Source: Octopus vulgaris (Eukaryota). From it: a DNA stretch of 64,000 nt. The position numbers were made by a program, and so were the translations under genes. Of this stretch, positions 55,760-64,000 are shown piece after piece. The notes below the pieces were generated by a model, which made no database searches, was not told where the DNA came from, and saw nothing but the letters and a program-made list of their open reading frames with translations. The number at the start of each line of letters is the position of its first letter. Position 1 is the first letter of the stretch. Location of the stretch: NCBI GenBank assembly GCA_951406725.2, contig OX597831.1:56544001-56608000 (forward strand). Reading direction: 5' to 3'.

Positions 55760-57510
55760 TTGAGGGACATTAGGCAGCAGATTGAATGATCAAATAGGGA
55801 CCTCTTCATTGGTTCAGTAGCCAACACTAGCAACAGCATTCAGATCAGAACAAAAAAGAAAACCTGTTCCAAGGTTACATATAGATATCTAAATTTATAA
55901 ACTTTTTCTCCTGCCAATATGAACAAATTCATACACAAGGAAGAAAGAACTTATCTTTTTGACAAGTGATAAATGTGCTCAAAATATTATTTGTGGATTC
56001 TGCTATTTAGACAATTTTCTTTAGCTATTACAACTGAAATTTATTCTTGTCTACCGTTAATTAGCATTTGAAAAAAAAAACCCAGACAAAAAGAACCTAG
56101 TTGATACCATTATCTCATTCTCTCATATTTTGCATCTTTCATTCCCAACCATCAGAAGTGTATAGCAAGTTAAGTCTAACATTAATATTTACATTAGACA
56201 ACGGATGAATCATGCTTATTTCAAGGCAACTCCCAGTTCACACAATTATACTTCCAATAGGCATGGATTCCTTTCCTTTTGACAGGATGCTAAGATGTGT
56301 ATGTATATTTATATATTCAAGGGACAAAATAGACCATTCTAAGAGGTTCTGCTAGCTGTTATAGAATCTCACTACTACAAGTTGAAATTACCATAGTGAC
56401 CAAACCTTGCAGCATATGGAACTTTCCAAATATTATTTTAAGGCCTGCACAGTAGCTGAATGAAATGACTACATCAAAGCCATTCCAAACAATAATAAAG
56501 GAAAATGTAGTTGGTGCTTAACTACAAATTCTACTTGAAGTAACCATAATCTTTTATCTTTCAAATTTTATTAAAATTCTGCATAGAAAATAGATTTTTT
56601 TTTTTTTAAAGATGTCAGACCCGATCGTTACTTCCTACCAAATCCAAATGAGAAGTTGTATTTTCCTTTGTATTATTTTTTTCATTTTAGTATATTAATG
56701 CAAACAAAATAACATACCTTACATCATTAATAACCTATTTACTATAGGCACAAGGCCTGAAATTTTAGTGGAGGAAGTTAGTCAATTACATCAACAACAG
56801 TGCTCAACCGGAACTTATTTTACTGACCCCGAAAAGATGATGGGCAATGTCAACCTCAGCAGAGCTTGAACTCAGTAGCATTTCTTCTGGTTTTACATTC
56901 TAAGCATTTTGTCTGGCATGGTAATGATTCCGCTAGCTTGCTGTCTTCTTACACCTTTAATATTACAAATGCTAAGAATGATTAGAAAGAGTTAATATTA
57001 AATAGTGGCTTAGCCAGTCTATTTGCTAAAATTGAACAAGGCTATTCTAATTTCCTAGTATGGAAGGAAGGCTCATAAAAACATTTATAGCATCTTTATG
57101 AAGATTAGCTAAACTAGACTTAGTAGCTGCTAGTAGTTTTATGTGGATGAGAGAAATTTAGAGTTCTAAAATTAGAGCTGTTAAAAATAATCAGAATCAA
57201 GGGTATTAATTAGCTGGAAAAGAAGCAAGTCAAAATACCGGATAATATTTTGAAAAATTATCTAAAACATCTAAAATTACTTTAGAAATATTTACTAATG
57301 TTTGATAAATTTAAACATTTTTTTTTATGCAGTTTTGGACTAATATCAAAGTATAGACATTCTGGCTAATACCAGGACATATGCTCAAAACATAACATTC
57401 ACTGAAACAGACAAGAATTTACTACTCCTACATCTTTTACAAATATTTCCAAAGACGAAGAAAAGCAAAGGTCCTTCAAAATCAAGATATATTCTGACAT
57501 ATTCATTTGA

Positions 57511-57880
57511 CGTGCAGGTATGGCTTTGTGGTAAGAAGTTTGCTTTTCAACCACATGGTTCCAAGTTCAGTCCCACTGAGTGGCACCTTGAGCAAGTGTC
57601 TTCCTACTAAAGCCTTAGATTGACCAAAGCCTTGTGAGTGGATTTGGTAGATGGAAACCAAAAGAAGCCCATCATGTGTATGCTTGTCCCCCACTACACC
57701 ACTTGACAATCAAGTTGGTTCATTTATGTCCCCATAACTAAGTAGTTCAACAAAAGGGACATATAGAATAAGTGCCAGGCTTTATAAAGAAAGTATTGAG
57801 GTCGATCCATTTGACAAAAAATACTTCAAGGCAGTGTCCCAGCACAAGTGCAGTCTAATGGCTGAAACAAGTAAAAGAGA
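57511..57880 (+). mobile_element. tRNA-derived SINE, same family as 13921-14335
   Basis: Head, body and GAAACAAGTAAAAGAG tail are all recognisable. Confidence 0.88.
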
Positions 57881-59719
57881 TACATTGTTCACACCGCAAC
57901 CCACTCCTATTTCCTTTTTTTTAGCTCCCCAAAACTAATATTCACTACATCCAACTCAATGTCTAATCATCAAATTTCCCTTTGGCACACTTACCTATAC
58001 ATCCAGCTTTCTGTTCCTCTATCCTATTTCTGTCTCTCATATTCATCTTGACCTCACATCTCTCTCTCTCTCTCTTTCCGAATGGGAAAAACCATATATT
58101 CACTCCTTTGGTAAGACATTCACTCCTGTCCTTCTATCATACTTTCATATCTTTCAACACTATACCTCACTCAGTTGAGAGATTTTGTACCACTTGTACT
58201 TGCTCAGCAGTGCTGGTGCCACAAAAAAGCACCCAGTATATTCTGGGCAGTGTTTAGCATTAACAAAGGCATCCAGCTGTAGAAACCATGCCAAAGCAGA
58301 CATTGTAACTCAGCACAGCCCTCCAGCTCATCAGTTCATGTTGAACTATCCAACCTATGCCAGCATGGAAGAAGGGTCATTAAATGATGATAATGTTGAT
58401 TGTTCAATCCTCTAAGGCAAAACACAGCTACACAGAAATTATGCTAATGATGTCATTACTATTGAAAGCTTGAAAGGTCCAATGCTTAAATGGTCATTGC
58501 TGTTATTTCAGTTCTACCAGGATTGAGCAGCCATGATCATCCAGTTCTTTTTTTTTTTTTTTTTTGAGGTGTAATATATCAAGGACATTAACAAATGTGT
58601 CCTTTTTTATTAAGACAGCAGTGTTTAATATGAATGCAATTTGGTTATTATTTCTATCACATCGAGCAACTATATAGGTCCCCCATTGGCTCATAAAGTC
58701 GGTTTCTGACTCAGGCAACGGTCAGCAGTTTAGAGTGGGTGGGGAGCAGTTAATATCATTGACCCCAAAACTTGACTGGCACTTAATTTTATTGACCTTG
58801 GAAAGATAAGAGGCAAATATGGTCTTGGCTGGATTTGAATTCAGTATGTAAGTAACAGGAACAACTATCCAGTGCTCTAATAACAAATTAAAAATAAGTA
58901 ACAGATAACAAGATGTAACTGGTGAGAGCATCCCATTAATTGCATTTGGAAAAAAGCTTTCATTAAAGATGTTTTTGGCTCTTCCTTGTAGTGATCTACT
59001 TTTAATATAGACATTACACACACACAAACACACAAACAATACTTATTTTTGACTCATTATTTGGAGTTCCACACAGGCAAACACACAATACACTCATGAT
59101 CCTTCAGATAATAATGTGTAACTGATAGAAGAATGGTGTTGAACTCAAGAGTACTTATAATATTGGTGTTGATTGTTTAAGGCTGATCATGTGATCAGAT
59201 TTGTCCCAGTTTGTAGAACTACTGCTCATTAAACTCAAGAAGTACTGTATGTTGAAGTGGATGGCAGCTTAAGGGTTGTTGCTGTCAAGAGAAATTACTC
59301 TGTGAGCCTGGCTGGGACTAGCTAAAACTGATTTTTTAGCCAATTTCTATGTTTGTGTGTCAAGATATTTTGGAAGTTGTCCAAGAAGAACCTCTTCATA
59401 TGGCAGCAATTGGACAGTACCTCTCCTCCCCAGTTAAGAGGTATAACCAATTGCTTCTGAAAGTGGAACTTTTCTTGGAGGCAGAGTCCTTAGTTCTGTG
59501 TCCATGTAAAAAATGATGTGACCTTCCTAATGATGTTATTAGAGGGCATTATAGCACTTGGATCCTAAATTTCCAAACAAACTGTGACAGAGATACGTAA
59601 TTTTTATCTGTTCCTTAACATGAAGGCATAGAAACGATGAAGACAGTGACCAGTGAAAGTAGCTGCAGTTAGACAAACACTTTTAGGGGCTATCTAGATG
59701 TGTTTAATTACTTTTTCTT

Positions 59720-60189
59720 ATAAGCAGCATCCTAAACAACTAGAATCCTGCGATCACCTCTGTCTACGCTGCATCCTTCATGTCCGATGGCATCACTTTG
59801 TCTCCAACAATTCAGTGCGACACCAGTGCAGAATCACCTCCCTCCAACAAGTCATCCTAACGAGACGCCTGCATTGGCTGGGTCATGCCCTCTGTCATCA
59901 GCCAGGAGAATTCATCTACGAAGCAATTGCCCCAGCTCCCCTTCAAGGTTGGCGAAAGCGTTGTGGTGGACAACGAAAAACCTGGCTGATGACGGTCAAG
60001 GCTGATCTGGAACCCAACCTAGGCCCCCATATCTACGGCGTTCGTCGCTGGAATAAGGAGTGGTTGGAGATCACGCGGTCATTAGCCTCAAATCGCCAGA
60101 CCTGGTCGGCATTTGTGAGAGATGCAGCATTGAGGATGAATGAAGCCAGCTCAACCCACCCCGGGTGAATGCTGTAAGAAGAAGAGTAA
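59720..60189 (+). mobile_element. RTE-like LINE 3' end
   Basis: ORF 59698..60168: DHLCLRCILHVRW...VSN...RRLHWLGHAL...RKRCGGQRKTW...RQTWSAFV, followed by a short GTAAGAAGAAGAGTAA tail. CpG-rich, so relatively young. Confidence 0.85.
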
Positions 60190-61989
60190 CAGACTGGCTG
60201 ATGTGAGTGAGCTGTATGAGGATAACTGTGCAACAATATTTGATCAGGAAAGCTATACTGTTCAGTCAGCTATACTAAATTGCCAATGTCCAAACAGCTT
60301 CACCCAGCTGCCTCATTTCAACTTTGGACATGTTTTGGTTTTAGAACTCCTAAGCAAAGAATAGTATGACAAAATTACCAAACTATGGAATGATTTTCAA
60401 GAGTATATAGCTTTGGTATGAAAATAATTAATTAATGAGGCAATTTGAAATAATGACATTGAAAAATTTTCTAGGAGTGCATGAAGAATGTATACATTCT
60501 ATGGAATATATAATCACTTGAAAATTATATACTCCACAGAAACTGCATAAATTATACACACATGTATGCAATAACAAATTCCTAAACTAACAATTAAGCA
60601 GCTGTTAAAACAAAACAACTCCTACAAGATATGAAAAAAAAAAAAAAATTTTTTTGAACTGCAAAATCTAAAATGGATTTTTAAAAATAAGTCACTAAAA
60701 GAACTATTTTCTGATACTGGCATGAATTGCAACTTTAGATAAATTGAGAACCGCCACAAACCTAAATGTATGACTAACGGCTCATACTATCACTGGTATT
60801 GCACCATGGTGTTGGCAGACACTTTAACTACTTATAACAATGAATTGTAATTTTCCGTGGTAGCTATTGTACAACCAAGTGAACAACAAGGAGAGGAAGT
60901 ATTGTGCAATTAATTGATTAAATATTTAGCTTGCAGTACTTATTTCATTTGTTCAATGGGGAAATTTAGTAATAACCAAGACAAAAAAAAAACAAAAAAA
61001 AAAAACTAACTACTGGACATATGTAAAACCAAGATTGAAACTACAAAAAGGGCTCATGAAAATATTGAAGTGAAACAATCATCAACGTTTTTAATAGAAT
61101 GAGAACACTTAGGTCTACTTTGCTTTTATGCTTTCAGAGCCAACATAAAAATATCAATCTAGTTCAAATTCATATGGTACCTTGATTCCACTCTGCTGCA
61201 AACATGTGGCCCAGGTTTCCAATTTCAGGATACTTTCCTCCCTCCCTCCACTAGTCTAGGAGGCCCTGTACAAAGGTCATTAAAGCAACACACCACATAA
61301 TCTCTGCAACAATCTAAATCTCCTAGGATTAAAAAAAAAAGAAAAATATCAGTAGTTCTTTCAATGTGTTCTCCTAAAATATGAGAAAAACTCTCTTCAA
61401 ATTCAGAGAATAAGAGAATATCATATCTGCAATATCCAGTTCTTAATTAATATAATTTTAAATGTTAAGAAGTTATCTATAGAATAGATTGCAAGAGAAC
61501 TAGTTAAGTATTAATGAGCATAACTACTAAGGACCTGTTAATGCTTCTATACTCATCCAAACCATGGAAATTATAACTAAAATAAGTTCACTTTGCAACC
61601 ACACAGTTCAGGCTCAATCTCATGGTGTGGCACTTTGGGAAAGCACCTTCTCTTGCAGCCAAACATTTCCTTGTAAGTGAAACTTGGCAGAATTTGTTCT
61701 CTCTCCCCTCCCTCCCTAACACACACACACACATGTATATACTGCCTTACTTAAGTTCTGTGGAATTCTTTTCCATTACAACAATGCTTACTTTCCATTT
61801 CATATCTTACAAGAAGCCTGAAATAAATACAATGCAAAGTTCTGGGGGCCAATGTAAGTGACTAAAGGCTTTTGCAGGCTGAATCTAGTTAGGTAAAAGA
61901 AAGAATTAAGTAGAAGAATTAAATAAAAGGTGTTCTAGCATGGCATCAGTCCAATGACTGAAACTACTATCACAGTTCTTAGCTAAAAG

Positions 61990-62480
61990 CAACTCACTAT
62001 ATCTAGCACATGGAGAAGACCTGTGAAAGAATACCATGCTCAGTAGTCTGGTGGTTGTTAAGAAAACAAGTATAGACAAATGGTTTGTGAAGAACCATGC
62101 AAGCCATTTTCTTTCATGGCTATACAGATGTTGTCAGCAAGGTGAAAATTAGCAAGGAGTCCAGCAAGGAATTTAGCATGGTTTTGTTCTCACCACCTCC
62201 TATTTTTTTACAGTTCTCCAAGCAGGAAGGAAAGAGCACCGTCAATGGGCACTTTTGTATTATGCTGATGATTTAGTTTGCAAAGCTCAAAGAATTAGAG
62301 AGGAAATTCTAAACATGTCAGCACAAGGCCTTTAAAGTAAAACTAGCAAAAACAAATATCTTAGCAAGAGAGAAGACTTTGTTGCCATCTGGAAAATGGT
62401 CATGTTTGATATGCAGAAACAGACTAGGTAGGTATTCCATATAGTATAGTAAATATAAACTATGGCTGCACAAGAGAGAC
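61990..62480 (+). mobile_element. Decayed RTE-like reverse transcriptase fragment abutting the mariner
   Basis: TATTATGCTGATGATTTAGTT (YADDLV) at about 62259-62279, followed by LKVKLAKT-like and KWSCLIC-like segments. Frame is broken. Confidence 0.6.
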
Positions 62481-62491
62481 CTTAAGATATA

Positions 62492-63780
62492 TTGGGTTAG
62501 CAACTAAGTTCCTGCTGTTTTTTTTAACTTTGGAATTTATTGCATTTTTAAATGTTGGAATCTATTATTTTTGAGAATTCTATTTTTGAATCATTTTGGA
62601 ATCAATTTTTTTTCTAGTTAATTTCAGTTAATTTTTGCTTATTTTCAGATCATTAAAATGGAATGTCAAGTTAACAAAAACGAGCATTTTTGACACCTTC
62701 TTCTTTTTGCTTTTAATCACAGTTCTAAGGCCGCAAAAGCTGCTCACGACATTTGTGCCATGTATGGAGAGGGTGCCATAGCTGAAAGAACTGCTTGTGA
62801 TTGGTATGCCAAGTTCAAAAATGGAAATTTTGACCTCAAAGACACACCTCATTCTGGCCATCCTGTTGAGTTCGATGAAGAGCAATTACACCAACTTTTG
62901 CACGAAAATTCTCGTGAAACGACAAGGGAACTGGCAGAGAAAATGAAATGATGCCACACTGCTAGAGAGAAGCATCTTCATTCGATGGGAAAGGTTCAGA
63001 AGTATGGAGCATGGGTTCTGCATGCTTTAAGTGACAACAACAAAAATCAACGAGCCACAATCTGCACTGGTTTGTTTGCTCGTCACCGCTCAACTCATGG
63101 ACACAAACAATGATTTCTTTACCGAATCGTTACTGGTGATGAAAAATGGTGCCTCTACATCAATATGAAGCAGTGTAAGGAATGGCTTAGCCCCGGTAAG
63201 AAAGTGACACCGCATGTGAAACAAAATCTTCATCTGCGTAAAATGATGTTGTGCGTATGGTGGGAGTGGGAAGGGATTATCTATTATGAATTGCTTGAAT
63301 GGAACCAAACAGTCAATGCAGAACGCTATGTTCAACAGATGGAATGACTCAACACAGCTATTCAAGAGAAAAGACCTAATCGGCAGCATGGAGTGCTTCT
63401 GCTGCATGACAATGCCTGCCCTTACATTGCCAATATGACCAAGGAAGCCATTCAAACGCATGGCTTGGAGGTGCTGCCACACCTGCTGTACTCACCTGAT
63501 TTGGCACCAATGGATTTCCACCTCTTTCAATCTCTTTCAAATGCTATGCACAGAGTTTCATTCAATACTGATGCAGAATTGAGAGCTTGGTTGAATCAAT
63601 TTTTCGAGTCAAAATCGGGTGATTTCTACCAACGAGGTATTGAAAATTTTGTTGAACGTTGGGAAGAAGTTGTAAACAACAAGGGTGAATACATTATTGA
63701 TTAATTAGTTGTTATTTTTTTATTAAACCTTTTAAAAATTTAAATTTTAAAAAACGGTGGGAGCTTGGTTGCCAACCTAA
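62492..63780 (+). mobile_element. Full-length (~1.29 kb) DD34D mariner transposon, mellifera-subfamily-like
   Basis: TA|TTGGGTTAGCAACTAAGTTCCTGCTGTTTTT ... AAAAACGGTGGGAGCTTGGTTGCCAACCTAA|TA terminal inverted repeats with TA flanks, enclosing a transposase frame. Confidence 0.95.
62658..63704 (+). pseudogene. Mariner transposase pseudogene: single frame, four in-frame stops
   Basis: MECQVNKNEHF*HLL...WYAKFKNGNFDLKD...GAWVLHAL...IVTGDEKW...HDNA...YSPDLAPMDFHLF...GEYIID*. There are 34 residues between the 2nd and 3rd catalytic D. Stops at 62691, 62949, 63111 and 63345. Confidence 0.95.
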
Positions 63781-64000
63781 TACATAAACTAAATTCTTCA
63801 TAAATTAAAAAAAATTAATTGAAATAAAAGTAGTGATAACAACAGGCTAAACTACAACTTTACCTTTTCAGGGCTAGCCCTTTTCATATCAACCTGCCCG
63901 AGATCACTTCTGGGTTTTATAATACAAACTTTGTGTTTAAGTCATCTAAATTAAAATCTTCCATCAAAAATTCATGCTATTTTATGATCCAGACACCAGC

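Overview
AT-rich, microsatellite- and SINE-dense eukaryotic DNA. The repeat families suggest an octopus (coleoid cephalopod) genome; this is an inference from repeat content. The whole window appears to lie inside one minus-strand gene, a VPS13A/C-type lipid transfer protein gene. Six short, phase-compatible GT-AG exons (28569-28612, 16272-16314, 14392-14487, 7135-7236, 5712-5881, 4848-4907) encode the N-terminal chorein region. I could not find the ATG exon or the next downstream exon in the window. The introns contain several tRNA-derived SINE families, RTE- and CR1-like LINE 3' fragments, two families of TTAA (piggyBac-type) MITEs, a full-length DD34D mariner killed only by in-frame stops, a second decayed mariner, a DD41D Tc1/mariner fragment, a fold-back mariner derivative, a ~240-bp hairpin element, a CACTA-ended MITE and three minisatellites. 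Most ORFs in the supplied track are repeat artefacts. I see no clear new protein-coding system. The most unusual signals are the fold-back mariner with two RFX X-box-like motifs, several long intronic dsRNA-forming structures (candidate ADAR substrates) and GCAUG-rich minisatellites.
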